DNA of 64,000 nt. Origin: Candidatus Bathyarchaeota archaeon (GTDB lineage: Archaea > Thermoproteota > Bathyarchaeia > 40CM-2-53-6 > RBG-13-38-9). Made by a program: the position numbers and the translations under genes. Shown in pieces: positions 1-11,514 of the stretch. The notes beneath the pieces are model-generated. The model was not told the origin of the DNA. It did no database searches and worked only from the letters and a program-made list of their open reading frames with translations. The stretch's first letter is position 1. Each line of letters opens with the position of its first letter. The stretch lies in NCBI GenBank assembly GCA_963807605.1, contig CAWECG010000002.1, positions 1-64,000 on the forward strand, written 5' to 3'.

Positions 1-327
1 GGCTTGAAAACAGACGTCTCTCTGCTCGTTACGTTCACTCCTTTGGTTATCGCTGCTTTTGTGGCGATACTGCTTGGAAGAGTACTCAGCGTCTATCCCA
101 TCATCGGTTTGGCAAGCCTGATGGGAGAAAAGGTTCCACGTTCTTGGATCAAGATTCTTGCAGGAGGGGGACTAAGGGGAGTAATTTCCGTCGCCTTAGC
201 ACTCTCGCTTCCCGAGGGCTTTCCATTCAGGGAAACCATAGTTGCAATGACCTTCGGAGTGGCACTGATCTCATTAATCGTACAAGGAGAGTTTCTCCAC
301 GCCTATCTCAAGACGCCAAGACTGTGA
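1..327 (+). CDS. Na+/H+ antiporter (CPA1 family), C-terminal part (runs off window start)
   Basis: Hydrophobic helices with GGLRGVISVALALSLP motif typical of NhaP/CPA1 C-termini. Confidence 0.85.
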   Translation, partial: GLKTDVSLLVTFTPLVIAAFVAILLGRVLSVYPIIGLASLMGEKVPRSWIKILAGGGLRGVISVALALSLPEGFPFRETIVAMTFGVALISLIVQGEFLHAYLKTPRL

Positions 328-356
328 TGTGCGTATAGATAAGGTCAAATCTCCAA

Positions 357-445
357 GGGTTCGAAGCCTCAACGGTATGAACCTGCGTGAATTTTGAGCC
401 CAAATCCGGAGCCGTTAACACGTCGATTCCCGTCGGACTCGCTCA
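357..445 (+). repeat. Degenerate copy of the 13008-13092 att-like element
   Basis: TTTTGAGCCCAAATCCGGAGCCGTTAACACGTCGATTCCCGTCGGACTCGC. Confidence 0.5.
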
Positions 446-923
446 CGAGCCAGCCAGGGTGTGAATCGAGCTTTCGATCGAATTCAGATGCCCCAAAGGT
501 GGGGGATTCATTTAGATACTGAACGTGTACGAGCAAGCGAATTGGTATTCGCACCTAATAAGGTCCGAGTACACGCGGCCCCATTAATTCGAGTCAGATA
601 CCCTTGTTTTTGAACATAGTGAGTGTATTCTGAGGAGACTTGCCCCCACAACAGCCAGACAGGTCCTCTGACGTCGAGTAGGATCTTGACGTCAATCGAT
701 GGCTCAGAAATCTACGCAGGGGGTAGGCCGATAGCATTCGCTAGTGCTTTGAAAACTCCTTCCACCGCTTACTTGCCAGGTCATTTGCAGCTAGGCGTCG
801 TGTCAAATATCGATTACAAAATTACAGGAATGTTTCTCAGGATGACCCTCCATAACTTCCTGCCCTGAAGCTTTTTCTGCCACTTGCAACGTTATGATCA
901 TTTCACTGGAGTACGTGACGATA

Positions 924-1970
924 ATGCAAATCGTCTCGGAACAGAAACGTTGGGAATTGTCTTTCTGCGCTGGGTACTTGGTTCCTCCCTGCAAAGAGCT
1001 ACAGAACCAGTCTCCTCAAACAATGGTTAAAGGTTCGTCCATAAATTTAGACTCTATACCCACAGAGTTCTTTTACCCACTATTCACTGAAAGCACGGAC
1101 GACTTTCCAATAGACGTAGTTTTCGCATCAGAAAGCCCCAATCAATATAATGAAGTGAGGAAACTCGTACGATCCATAGCTTTCGATAAATCAGATAAGA
1201 AGACTTTGGCAGCTCGTGACTTAGCTTACCGATTGGCACAAGTGAGTGATAGAAGATCTCCATCAGGATTGTTCGTAGCTCTTTCCGGTCATACAAAGCA
1301 ACTTGCGAGAGTTCTTCTCTGGAAATTTCCCGCAGACGAAAGCATTGTGGCTGATGTATCTGCAAAAGGTATAACCATTCAACTAATAGAACGTGCTTTC
1401 TCACGCAAATCCGATTACTTCAAGGCAGCCATGTTTGAAGGGACGAAAGCTACCACTTCATTCTGGAAAGGCAAGGTGAAAGATAATCAAGCGAAGCAGC
1501 AGATAGGGGCAGTGTCACAATTTTGGATTGCTGATTTTCTAAGCGCAAACCATAGCCTTACTGACCCAGGAGGCACGAGGATTCTTGCCAAGGCGCTTAA
1601 AGAAACCATAAGACAAACGAAATCTATGGAGAACAAAGAAGCGTTAATCGATGCTGCGAATGTGATCAAATCCCAGACTGGCAGAAGCATCTCCATAAGA
1701 GACTTTTCTGACAACTACCTAGCTGATGGTGTACGGCAAGAGTATATCAGTAGGATACGTGTTCCTCAGGTTACGGACGCAATTTTCAAATTAGACACAG
1801 AGACTCTGAACAAAGAACTTCAATACAAGTCAATCGTAATAGACGGTCTTTTCACAGTGAGGGGCCCCCTAGATCAGTTCGATGATGTAGTGAAAATCAA
1901 CCCGACTGATCAGGAATCTATTGTTGAAGTGTCGCTCCGAGGAACTGTTACAGCGCGTCTTCTCAGGTAA
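924..1970 (+). CDS. YejK/NdpA-like nucleoid-associated-domain protein (ORF track start 894; ATG 924 more likely)
   Basis: Pattern LAYRL..SGLFV..LLWK..FKAAMF..D..FWIADFL..GTR resembles the YejK 37-kDa NAP family; 14 bp upstream of the next gene. Confidence 0.5.
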   Translation: MQIVSEQKRWELSFCAGYLVPPCKELQNQSPQTMVKGSSINLDSIPTEFFYPLFTESTDDFPIDVVFASESPNQYNEVRKLVRSIAFDKSDKKTLAARDLAYRLAQVSDRRSPSGLFVALSGHTKQLARVLLWKFPADESIVADVSAKGITIQLIERAFSRKSDYFKAAMFEGTKATTSFWKGKVKDNQAKQQIGAVSQFWIADFLSANHSLTDPGGTRILAKALKETIRQTKSMENKEALIDAANVIKSQTGRSISIRDFSDNYLADGVRQEYISRIRVPQVTDAIFKLDTETLNKELQYKSIVIDGLFTVRGPLDQFDDVVKINPTDQESIVEVSLRGTVTARLLR

Positions 1971-1984
1971 TCTGAGGCGTCAAC

Positions 1985-2596
1985 ATGAGTCAGAGTGTCG
2001 AGCTAACTAAGAAGTATCAAGAGCGTGTCCCTACCCTGCAGAAAGTAGCAACTGAAATTGAAATGCTTCTAAAGCAGATCCTTCTTGATGTTCCTCGGAT
2101 TGATTCAATCTCGAAGCGAGTCAAGGGCGTATCGAATTTCGTTGAGAAGTCAAACAGAATCGACCCCGATTCTGGGGAACCGAAGTATGGGTATCCTCTC
2201 GAAGAAATCCAGGATCAGATTGGGACTCGCGTTGTAGTTTTCTATAAGAGTGACGTAGAAACAGTAGCTCAAAAGGTTCTAAGTGAGTTTCGACAGATTG
2301 AAGACCGAAAAATAGAATCATTGGAACCAGAATATTTTGCATATGAAGCTAGACATTTTATTTGTCTGATACCTCCAGACATATCAGCTAAGTATGGTTC
2401 TCCTATTGATTTCTTTGAACTTCAGGTCAGTACACTCTTTCAACATGCTTGGGCGCAGGCCAACCATGATCTCGGATATAAGCCAGAACGAAAATTGGAT
2501 TATGAAGACAAACGACGCGTCGCATGGGCTGCCTCCCAAGCATGGGGAGCAGACATGATCTTTGACGAGCTTCGGAACAAATTTCGAAGCACATAA
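1985..2596 (+). CDS. RelA/SpoT-family small alarmone synthetase-like nucleotidyltransferase
   Basis: KRVKGVSNFVEK, IQDQIGTRVV, FELQVSTLFQHAWAQANHDLGYK motifs; synthetase domain only. Confidence 0.85.
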   Translation: MSQSVELTKKYQERVPTLQKVATEIEMLLKQILLDVPRIDSISKRVKGVSNFVEKSNRIDPDSGEPKYGYPLEEIQDQIGTRVVVFYKSDVETVAQKVLSEFRQIEDRKIESLEPEYFAYEARHFICLIPPDISAKYGSPIDFFELQVSTLFQHAWAQANHDLGYKPERKLDYEDKRRVAWAASQAWGADMIFDELRNKFRST

Positions 2597-2655
2597 TGCA
2601 TTCTTGGTCTACCGGCACATCAGAGTGATATTAGAGCGCTCATCCAATCCTAGGG

Positions 2656-2907
2656 CTATTTTGACCGGCTAACCCTATCCTGATCTTCACAGGTTAGCCA
2701 ACGAGCCTTTTTTGGTCTTTTGTTCGGGATCCGGTCTACGTAGACAACAACGTCAATATCATGGCTGTACTTGTCTTGGAGATCCATCCAATAAGAACCA
2801 AAAAGTGCGACGGCCCGCGGATTGAACTTGTTGAATCCTTCGATTATATCAGAATACTTCTTCATCTGTTCCCTGCTTATTGTATTATTATACATCTCCA
2901 AACACAT
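2656..2907 (-). pseudogene. Minimal nucleotidyltransferase (MNT) domain, probably truncated
   Basis: VALFGSYW...DIDVVVY motif. Confidence 0.55.
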
Positions 2908-3063
2908 TTCGTGACTATTTCAAACTTTAGCACGTTAATTTACTTTCAATCCTACAATGGTTCGATACTAACCCTCCCAAGGTTACACGGGCTTCGGCAA
3001 CCAAATAATAACAAAGCGCGCACTGGTGTGCTTATTGCTTCAAGTGACATAAGATTAAGTCAA

Positions 3064-4818
3064 CTAGATAGAATCTAGTTTGAGTTCGGCCATCTTGAGG
3101 CCTTCGCTGATCATTTCTTTTGAGAGGTTCCCAAAAGGAGTTGCTGTTTGGAGAATTCTCTCAGGAATTTCTAAGTTATTGATAGAGAATCCTTCCCTGA
3201 TTCTGAACCTATATTTGTTTTTGAGGATCTTTACTCCTGTTGTCTCTAGGTTTTCCTCAGAGATTTCGCTTCCAATTGTTTTGAAGGCTCTCAATATCAA
3301 TTCTGGCTTGAAGACTCCCCTGGCGAAGAAGCAGACAACAAGGCTTGAGAGTATCTGTCGCCACGCTTCCTCCTTGATGATTCTGTCAATAATCTCCTCT
3401 GGCGTCAATCTGGTGTTCTTCGCTACTGCCTTTTGGTCAATGCTGTATCCTGCACCGTCCAGATGACTATGTCGGGATCCTATCAAGAAACCTAGGTGTG
3501 TTGCAGGTCCTGTGTGATATCCTGGCATTTCGTTGCCGCCGAAAGATAGAGCGAACTCCTTTCCCCCATATATTGATGATGCATATGCAACGCCTTTTCC
3601 TAGAGCTTTAAAGAAGTCGTTGTCCCCAGCTGCGATGTATTTTATGGCTCTCAAATATGGTTCTTCATCATTCCAATTCAATTTTAATCCATTGGTTTCT
3701 TTTGTCGAGATTATTCCTTTTTGCTGGGCTTCAGTTGCCCATGATAGCGCTACGCCTGTGCTCATTGCGTCTAGTCCTAGGATTTCGACTTCATCCATGA
3801 GTCTGAGTAGTGCTTCTGGTGTGGATATTCCTAGCATTGATCCTAGAGCGTATATCAGTTCGTAGTCGTATGAGATCATCTCGGTCTTGTAGAAGTAGGG
3901 TTCTGATTTGTAGGCTTCTCTGAGCGCTGCAAGGTGGATGCATGCGACGGGACAATGTGAACAGGCTACTCTTCTACCTAGGTATTTCTTCTTGAAGGTT
4001 TCACCGCTTATGGCTTCAGCATGTTCGAATCTTGATACTTGTAGATTCCTTGTCGGTAGAGCTCCTAATTCATTTAATGGGATAACATTCATCGATGTCC
4101 CAAGTTCATGGTATTTTCTCATCTCGGCCGATGATAGCAGTTCGAAAATCTCTTTGTAGACCTCTCTGTAGCCTTTCATGTCAGAGACAGGGATAGATCT
4201 TTTCCCTGAAACGACGACTGCTTTTAAGTGCTTGCTTCCGAAAACTGCACCGAGTCCGAGTCTTCCGAAATGTCGGTAGGTCTCAGTCACTACACTTGCG
4301 TAAGAGACTAGATTCTCTCCCGCTCTGCCTATTCTCATTATGCTTCTTATTCCAGATCCGGCTTCCTTCTCTCTTAGGATGCGTCCGACCGTGGCGCTGT
4401 TGGCCATATGCCAGAGGACAGAGGCATCTCTGAATCGAACCTTATCACCGTGTATGGATAGGTAGATCGGAGTCTCACTTGATCCCTTGATTACTATGGC
4501 TCCATATCCAGCGAATCTTATTGCTATTGCACTGCGGCCTCCACAGTGACTCTCGCCGAGATTTCCGGTAAGTGGAGATTTGAACATGGCAACGGTCTTA
4601 GAGGCTATGGGGTACAACCCTGTGAATGGGCCGACTGCAAACACTATAGGGTTCTCTGGACCTAGAGGATCTGCATCTTTCGGGCATTCTTCTTCTAGAA
4701 GTTTTATGGCGACCCCGGATCCTCCGATCATCTCATAAAAGAGTTCGCTTCTGTCTTCGGTCCAGAATCGTTTCTGTGAAAGGTCGATATGAAGAACATT
4801 TGAGAGATCATTTTTCAT
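3064..4818 (-). CDS. aor: Tungsten aldehyde:ferredoxin oxidoreductase family protein
   Basis: KSPLTG..GESHCGGR, GRLGLGAVFGSKHLKA, CSHCPVAC, GLDAMSTG motifs. Confidence 0.92.
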   Translation of the reverse strand: MKNDLSNVLHIDLSQKRFWTEDRSELFYEMIGGSGVAIKLLEEECPKDADPLGPENPIVFAVGPFTGLYPIASKTVAMFKSPLTGNLGESHCGGRSAIAIRFAGYGAIVIKGSSETPIYLSIHGDKVRFRDASVLWHMANSATVGRILREKEAGSGIRSIMRIGRAGENLVSYASVVTETYRHFGRLGLGAVFGSKHLKAVVVSGKRSIPVSDMKGYREVYKEIFELLSSAEMRKYHELGTSMNVIPLNELGALPTRNLQVSRFEHAEAISGETFKKKYLGRRVACSHCPVACIHLAALREAYKSEPYFYKTEMISYDYELIYALGSMLGISTPEALLRLMDEVEILGLDAMSTGVALSWATEAQQKGIISTKETNGLKLNWNDEEPYLRAIKYIAAGDNDFFKALGKGVAYASSIYGGKEFALSFGGNEMPGYHTGPATHLGFLIGSRHSHLDGAGYSIDQKAVAKNTRLTPEEIIDRIIKEEAWRQILSSLVVCFFARGVFKPELILRAFKTIGSEISEENLETTGVKILKNKYRFRIREGFSINNLEIPERILQTATPFGNLSKEMISEGLKMAELKLDSI

Positions 4819-5290
4819 TTTCTGTGACTTCCTCCATTTTGATTACTCCACATGGACAGTAATCGGTGCAGTAGCCACAGTGAACACATGTGACTGGTTT
4901 CTCAGCCAATTCGTCCCAGAATATTGCATCTATTGTGCAGGTTTCTGCGCAGCGTTTGCATCCGATACATCTACTCCTGTTCAGTACTACGCCTCCCCCA
5001 GGTCTTCTGGTTAACGCATTTGTTGGGCAGACCTTCAGACACGGAGGATCTCTGCAAGCTCTGCAGACAACTACTATGAATCCCCGTTCGACCCCTCCTA
5101 CAGACTTGATATGAATTGCTGATTGTGCAATTCCTCCTTCGCCGAACCGTCTGTTACATGCCATCATGCAACATTGACAGCCAACACAGAGGTTCACATC
5201 TACAACAGAAAGCCTGTTGACCAAGAGGTTTTCAACTTTTAGATGACACACAGTTTCAAGAATAACTAGAAGAGACTTATGCTTAAACAT
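4808..5290 (-). CDS. 4Fe-4S dicluster ferredoxin-like subunit (AOR partner); true start may be ~5221
   Basis: Four Cys clusters CVGCQCCMMAC, CRAC..PPC..VCP, CIGCKRCAETC, CVHCGYCTDYCP; overlaps AOR start. Confidence 0.9.
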   Translation of the reverse strand: MFKHKSLLVILETVCHLKVENLLVNRLSVVDVNLCVGCQCCMMACNRRFGEGGIAQSAIHIKSVGGVERGFIVVVCRACRDPPCLKVCPTNALTRRPGGGVVLNRSRCIGCKRCAETCTIDAIFWDELAEKPVTCVHCGYCTDYCPCGVIKMEEVTENEK

Positions 5291-5523
5291 AGGCGTCCAT
5301 CAAGAATTAGTTAACATAAATCACGCTTGGACACATACGAACAACATGATCTATGGTTCGAACGTGGAAACTCTAATCAGCCATGGAAACAAACGAAAAC
5401 ATCTCATCATCTTTAAGGGAAGCGCGCTAGCTTGAAGACTAGCAAGTAATTTCCGTTCGGCCAAGTTGCAACAGAGTCTCTATGAATCACCGTAGCTAAC
5501 GCTGGACCCGCGCTGTGGTGGTC

Positions 5524-7936
5524 TCAGGTTTTTCCTAACGTGTTTTCTGTCTCGACGACTTTAAGTGTAATTTTCATGACTGAATCAGGGTTGAGCGAAA
5601 TAGAGTCTATCTCTTCTTTCACTAGAAACTCCGCAAATTCGGGGTAATCACTTGGTGCCTGTCCGCAGAGGCCGCTATCACGATTGTTCCTTTTAGCGCC
5701 ACGGATGGCCATGGAAACAATTTTCCTCACCCCTGGGTCTTGCTCGGTAAATTCATGGGCCAAAATGGCGGAGTCCCGGTCAACTCCCAAGGTTAACTGG
5801 GTTAGATCATTGGATCCAATTGAGAATCCATCAAATAGCTTGCTGAATTCATCGATCAGTATGACGTTATTTGGGATTTCGCACATGACAAAAATTTTGA
5901 GTCCGTTTTCCCCCCTCCTGAGACCGTTCTTAGCCATTTCAGCCAAGACTCTCTCACCCTCTTCAATTCTCCGGCAGAAGGGGATCATGATGATGAGATT
6001 GCTCAATCCCATCTCATTCCGAACCCGTTTTGTCGCCTCACATTCAAGAGCAAATCCTTCTCTGTACCGCTCATCGTAATAACGGGCTGCCCCACGAAAT
6101 CCTATCATGGGATTGTCTTCGTCGGGTTCAAAGTACTTCCCTCCTATGAGGCTTGCATACTCGTTACTCTTGAAATCGCTCATCCGCACCACAACAGGTT
6201 TGGGGAAGAAGGCTGCAGCGATAGTACCCACGCCATGAGCTAGTTTCTCAATAAAATACTCTTTCTTGTTCGCGTATCCAAAGGTGAGTTCATCTATCTC
6301 CTTCTTCACAGAGTCATCCGTCACTTTCTCGGGATGGACGAGTGCCATCGGATGTATCTTGATGTAATCGTTGATAATGAACTCCATACGGGCCAAGCCA
6401 ACACCATCATTGGGAATCATTGAGAGGGACAGTGCTTCCTCGGGATTTCCGATATTCATCATGATCTTTGTTTTCGGCCGCTTCAAATCTCCGAGGCTAA
6501 CTTTCTCAACCCTAAATGGAAGTGTTCCATCGTACACTATTCCCTCATCGCCTTCTGCGCAGCTCACTGTTACAGCTTGACCTGTTCGAATCTTCTCTGT
6601 TGCATCTTCTGCGCCCACAATGGCAGGAACACCGAGTTCACGGCTGACGATTGCTGCATGACATGTTCTTCCGCCTCTGTTTGTCACGATGGCGGCAGCA
6701 GTCTTCATCACGGGCTCCCAGTCAGGTGTAGTTGTGTCGGTGATGAATATCTCGCCCGGCTTGAATGAGGGAAGATGAGTTACGTCGGCAATTACGTGGG
6801 CCTTACCGCTTGCAATTTTCTCTCCTATGCTCTTACCTCTAGCGAGTACAGTGCCTTTCTCTGCTATGTGGTATATCTCAAGGAAGTCCATAGCTTTCTG
6901 TGACTGGACCGTCTCGGGTCTGGCTTGGACGATGTATAAGTTTCCGTCCGTTCCATCTTTTGCCCATTCAATGTCCATCGGTCTTTGTTTGCCTTCCTTT
7001 TCTGAGTAATAGTCTTCTATTTTGATAGCATAGTCCGCCAATTTCAGAATCTCGTCGTCGGTTAGGCAGAACCTTTTGCGGTCGACATCTGGAACCTCCA
7101 CGTTCCGCGTCAGGACTTTCGAGTCTCCGCGGCCATATATCATCTTGATTCTCTTGTCTCCAAGATTCTTCCTAACGATGGCTCTATGACCTTTTCTGAA
7201 AGTTGGTTTGAATACGTAGTATTCATCAGGATTGACAGCCCCCTGAACAATATTTTCTCCGAGGCCATAGGATGCGGTAATGAAAACTACGTCACGAAAA
7301 CCTGTTTCTGTATCAAGAGTAAACATCACCCCACTTACAGCCAAGTCAGAACGTACCATCTTCATCATGCCAATGGAGAGTGCTACCTAAGTGATCGAAG
7401 TTATTGTCTATTCGATAAGAAATGGCGCGATCAGTGAAGAGCGATGCAAAACACTTGCTGCAAGCTTCTCTTAGAGACTGATACCCACGGACATTGAGGT
7501 ACGTCTCTTGCTGACCTGCGAAGGAGGCTGTTGGGAGATCCTCCGCGGTGGCAGAGCTTCGAACTGCGACGTCTGTGTTTGGGCCATATTGCTCACAGAG
7601 TTTGTCGTAGGCTACCTTGATTTCAGCCCAGAGATCATCTGGAATCCCCGCTTCCAGAATGAGCTCACGTGCCTTCTTTCCTCGTTCCTCAAGATCGGCT
7701 AGGTTGGTTTTATCTAGCCCCGCCATCGCCTTCTCAAGTTCATGTAGAATTCTCGCGGACCGCACGACATGCCAGTATGCCTCAGCGGTTATTGCAAAAC
7801 CATTGGGAATCTCAACACCTTGCGGAACAAGTTCCCTGTACATTTCTCCCAACGAAGCATTCTTGCCGCCGACTAGAGGCACATCCTCAATTCTGATCTC
7901 TTCAAACCATCGGATATAATCAACATCTCCCTTCAC
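5524..7936 (-). pseudogene. ppsA: Phosphoenolpyruvate synthase, one frameshift near 7385 (decay or sequence error)
   Basis: VGGKNASLGEM, AVRSSATAEDLPTASFAGQQETYL in 7346-7936; GGRTCHAAIVSRE and FSIGSNDLTQL in 5524-7368. Confidence 0.92.
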
Positions 7937-8309
7937 AAGATTTCACCTCTCCCAATGTGTAGTCTTGATCATATAAATGAGAGAACCCGAAACCCGATTC
8001 GTATATGCGCGGGAATACGCTCTGGGTTGGTGCGCTCACTAAGGCATCGGCGCTTTATCATTGCATATGAATGGTTCGTCACCCTCATAGACAAACATGC
8101 ATTGGGTTTGTTCTGGCGATGCCCTTACATTACATTGGTGAACGACTTCTTGAAATTTGGGCCCATGAGTTCCTAAACTGCAGCGAGACAAGATCTTGCA
8201 GATAAAGAAATGATAATGAGATAAGCGCGCGAGGTAATTCTCATTTGGCTAGAGACATCAATCTGCGGTCCAGAAATTGGGTATTTTGTTACTAAATGGC
8301 GTTTTCACA

Positions 8310-8780
8310 TCAATTCATTAACGAAAATTCGATGTCTTCCAACCGGTTCCCAATCCGGAGCATAAATCTCGATCTTGCTGGAGAGAAGTTCTGTGAAAAC
8401 ACGACGTAAGTCAGCTCATAAGCTCCCGATCCCCTTAAGGTGTAAGGTTCAACATAGCCTGTGAAATCAACGTTAAATACATTAATGCCCAGTTGAACTA
8501 TGTTTGGGATATTGTGAGCCACACTGAAAGCGTCGAGTCGCATGAAACCATGTGGCGGGATATCTCTTTTAAAATCCACGAAGACTAAGTATTCGGATTC
8601 ACTCAGCCTCCTAAAGATATTCTCCTTCACGCCTCGTAGCGTCTGTTCCTCTACCGCGATGTAGGGATCGAAGCCCATACTTGTTAGTTTATTAGCTATT
8701 CTGCGAGCCACTTGGACTTCATCGGTGCCTCTCTGTTGTCCACAACTTATGAAAACCCTCGCTCTGAGATGTTCTGGGCA
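8310..8780 (-). CDS. TIR/DUF4062-like domain protein, probably chimeric fragment
   Basis: RARVFISCGQ...FDPYIA..E..L...IFRRLSESEYLVFVD resembles a TIR-like Rossmann N-terminus. Confidence 0.4.
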   Translation of the reverse strand, partial: CPEHLRARVFISCGQQRGTDEVQVARRIANKLTSMGFDPYIAVEEQTLRGVKENIFRRLSESEYLVFVDFKRDIPPHGFMRLDAFSVAHNIPNIVQLGINVFNVDFTGYVEPYTLRGSGAYELTYVVFSQNFSPARSRFMLRIGNRLEDIEFSLMN

Positions 8781-8939
8781 TAGCTGGAATGCACCCTCCC
8801 CAAATATCCAGACTTGGTCTTCTTCTCGACCTGAGACCTCCGCCCCTGACCGTTGACGAGATGGATCAAAGTCTTCCTGTAACCTTGATCGTGTCCTTAT
8901 AGTCTGCCTTCTCAACTCCCGGTTCACCTAAACGCGAAT

Positions 8940-9212
8940 TTAGCGCTGCTGGACAAGCCATTGAAGAAGTTCTTCAAGAGGAGCTGTTGCAACACAGCAA
9001 ACCGTATCGGCGGCACCGTAGAAAACGTAGAGAATTTTGTCCCAGATCGTAGCTGCTTCAGGGAAAACGACGTGTTGAACAAACCCATACATCTCGTACG
9101 CTTCCTTCGGCTCAAGTATAGGTGTTCTCGACCTTGCGACGATCTTTTCAGGCTTATCTAGATCTGCCAGAGCTGCACCCGCTCTGTAAACATAGTCGCT
9201 GTCAACACCGTG
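8940..9212 (-). pseudogene. GH130-family glycosidase/phosphorylase, C-terminal fragment (not in ORF track)
   Basis: Manual translation HGVDSDYVYRAGAALADLDKPEKIVARSRTPILEPKEAYEMYGFVQHVVFPEAA...VFYGAADTVCCVA; no start codon. Confidence 0.8.
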
Positions 9213-9382
9213 AATGCCCTAATTCAATATAGCAAGGCGCTTGAAAACATGGCAAGAAAGATGAAATCCAGTGATGTGCAAGAGAGACGAGAGGATTCCC
9301 CTCAAGCTTTCTTTGATCTGCATCATGAGTGCCCCAACTCTGAAAGTTGAAATAGGCACATCCTCGTCAAAGTGCTGTAGGC

Positions 9383-9850
9383 GTGGCTAATGTGGCAGAC
9401 TTGGTCGCAATTGGACATGTCTTAACGGATATTAGAATCTTCGTTGACGAATTCCCTGGACCCGACGGGGAAGCAAAAAACTGATAGGTTGAGTTTCGGC
9501 GGCGGAGGATCGGCTGCAAATGTCGCCGTTGGTGCCTCACGCCTGGGAGTAAAATCCGAATTTGTCGGCACGATCGGCTTCGATACTTTTGGACGAGTAC
9601 TCTTGGAAGAATTGGAGTACGAGGGAGTTGACGTGAGACATGTTAAGGTCATAGCGACTGTCAACTCAGGGTTAACCCTTGTAGCTGTCAATAAGCGGGG
9701 ACAAGTGATGATGTTTGGACACAGGGGAGCCAGTGATATGTTGTTTCCGTCAGACCTGAACGAGAGTTGTATATCTTCGGCAGAACATGTACATATCACT
9801 GGTCTTTCATTCGATACAGCACTCGTGGCCGCCAAGATTGCACGTGAAGC
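9383..9850 (+). pseudogene. PfkB-family carbohydrate kinase, frameshifted in an A-run (~9475) and 3'-truncated
   Basis: DLVAIGHVLTDIRIFVDEFP then GGGSAANVAVGASRLG..VGTIGFDTFG; C-terminal DTTGAGD motif absent. Confidence 0.8.
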
Positions 9851-10477
9851 GATCGTGGAGTTGCCTAGGCACGCTACAATCACCACCGCGTTGAATTCCA
9901 ATTAGTTAGGAGTGCAGCTTTCTAGTCTACTGCGAGTTCCGCGTGTTCAATCCACAGTTCCTTTTTCGATGATCCTGGAACGGTCAAGGATCGTTTCTAC
10001 TCTCTCAGCTGGGCAGCTTTTCTTCGAGAGGGGGCCGAGGGACGCTAGAGGTGTGATTGGGAAGGTGAAGAGGGAAGGTCTTCGCAGGTGGGGGAGGTGG
10101 AGCTGGATTGCCTTCCTATGAATGAGTCTGATTGTTGTCACTGGACAGACTATGTAGATAGAAATTGATGATAGTGCTGCAATCAAAAAAGCAACTATGG
10201 GGATGCAAGAGACGTATTGACTAGTGAAATTGTGCCATATATTATTGCGGTCAAGTGAACTGTTCCGACTAGAGGCAGAAGAAGGATTCCAAAGACCGAG
10301 AATCTTGCGCTAATAGTATTTCTCGGGCATCCTTTCGTGGAATGTGTTGCACTTTTTATTTTGTCAACCAGATTTATTGTCGTGAAGTGTAAGGAGCGCG
10401 CGCCCAGTTCAAGAAGTCAAAAGGTTAGTTCGCAATCGACTACTTATGTCTTGCCGATTCACTACTGCATGACGTTA

Positions 10478-11020
10478 TCATTTCAGGTAGATCCTTTTCA
10501 ATCTGAGAAGGTTGTCGAACTGCTTTTGTTTACCAGCACCGAATTTGTCAATTCTTTTGAATTCTTTTAGCAGTTCTTCTTGTTTTCTCTTTGAGAGATG
10601 TATTTCGGCTCTGGAGTACAGGTCACTTTCAAGCTCAATATCCTCGTTAAGTAACTTCACGTACAGCAGAGCGTTGTGAGAAAATTCGATCAAAGCCTGG
10701 CTCTCACCTGCTTTGTACCTAGCGGCGGCCTCGCCCATAGCCTTAAAGTAATTGCGAAGAGTCTTATGCTCTACAAGCATTAAGCCAACTGCTCCCGCTT
10801 CTGTAGGAACCCCTGATTTTTGCATCGTGGAGAACAAGAGATCCTCTTCTTTTCGGTGATGAATCCTTTCTACATAAATATCAATGAAGCCAAGCATCAT
10901 GTCCAGATCTGTACCATCGACTCGTGTTCCAGTTTCAATTCTTTCACAAATCTTCTTCAACATCCGTACCGCTAGTCTAATTGTCTTGTGTTCTTCCAGT
11001 AATTCTTCTGTTAATCTCAT
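10478..11020 (-). CDS. Hemerythrin (HHE) domain protein
   Basis: LLEEH, HHRKEEDLLF, MLVEH, DIELESDLY motifs. Confidence 0.85.
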   Translation of the reverse strand: MRLTEELLEEHKTIRLAVRMLKKICERIETGTRVDGTDLDMMLGFIDIYVERIHHRKEEDLLFSTMQKSGVPTEAGAVGLMLVEHKTLRNYFKAMGEAAARYKAGESQALIEFSHNALLYVKLLNEDIELESDLYSRAEIHLSKRKQEELLKEFKRIDKFGAGKQKQFDNLLRLKRIYLK

Positions 11021-11040
11021 ATTCTCTCCCTCTGATACGC

Positions 11041-11354
11041 TCACCTATGGAATATTATTCCAGTATGACTCAACAGTTTGATAATAACATTGGCCTTCAT
11101 GAAGTCCGTTATCAAGAACATAATGATGATATACGCCCAAACAAAAAATGCCAAGGTTAGTCCCATTGCAGGAAGCCAAAATCCATATGCCGTAATCATT
11201 GTGGCTATAAGTTGCGTGGTGATCACTGCGATGAGCAAAGGCGCTGGCGGTTTGAGAGACCAGAAGGTCCCTCTGGTTCTTGCAACAAAAACGGTCAAGT
11301 GACCTGCAACAGAGAGTTTGAGGTATATGAAAGATTGAATGACCTCAGGGCTTA
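11041..11354 (-). pseudogene. Plasma-membrane H+-efflux P-type ATPase, C-terminal fragment
   Basis: LSPEVIQSFIYLKLSVAGHLTVFVARTRGTFWSLKP; cut off at a GCGCGCGC run. Confidence 0.8.
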
Positions 11355-11514
11355 GCGCGCGCTGAAGATGATATGATGGGCACTACAACTCCATACCTGA
11401 CTGGATAGGTGTCTTATTGATCAGCGATAGCTAGATAAGATAATTTGACAGCAGCGCAGGCAAGTCAAACCTGCCAAAAGCCAGCGGGATACGTATAACG
11501 GCGGGGTATGATTC

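Noticed and set aside
3080-7919. Numerous + strand ORFs over aor and ppsA
   Set aside because: Antisense shadows of well-supported minus-strand genes.
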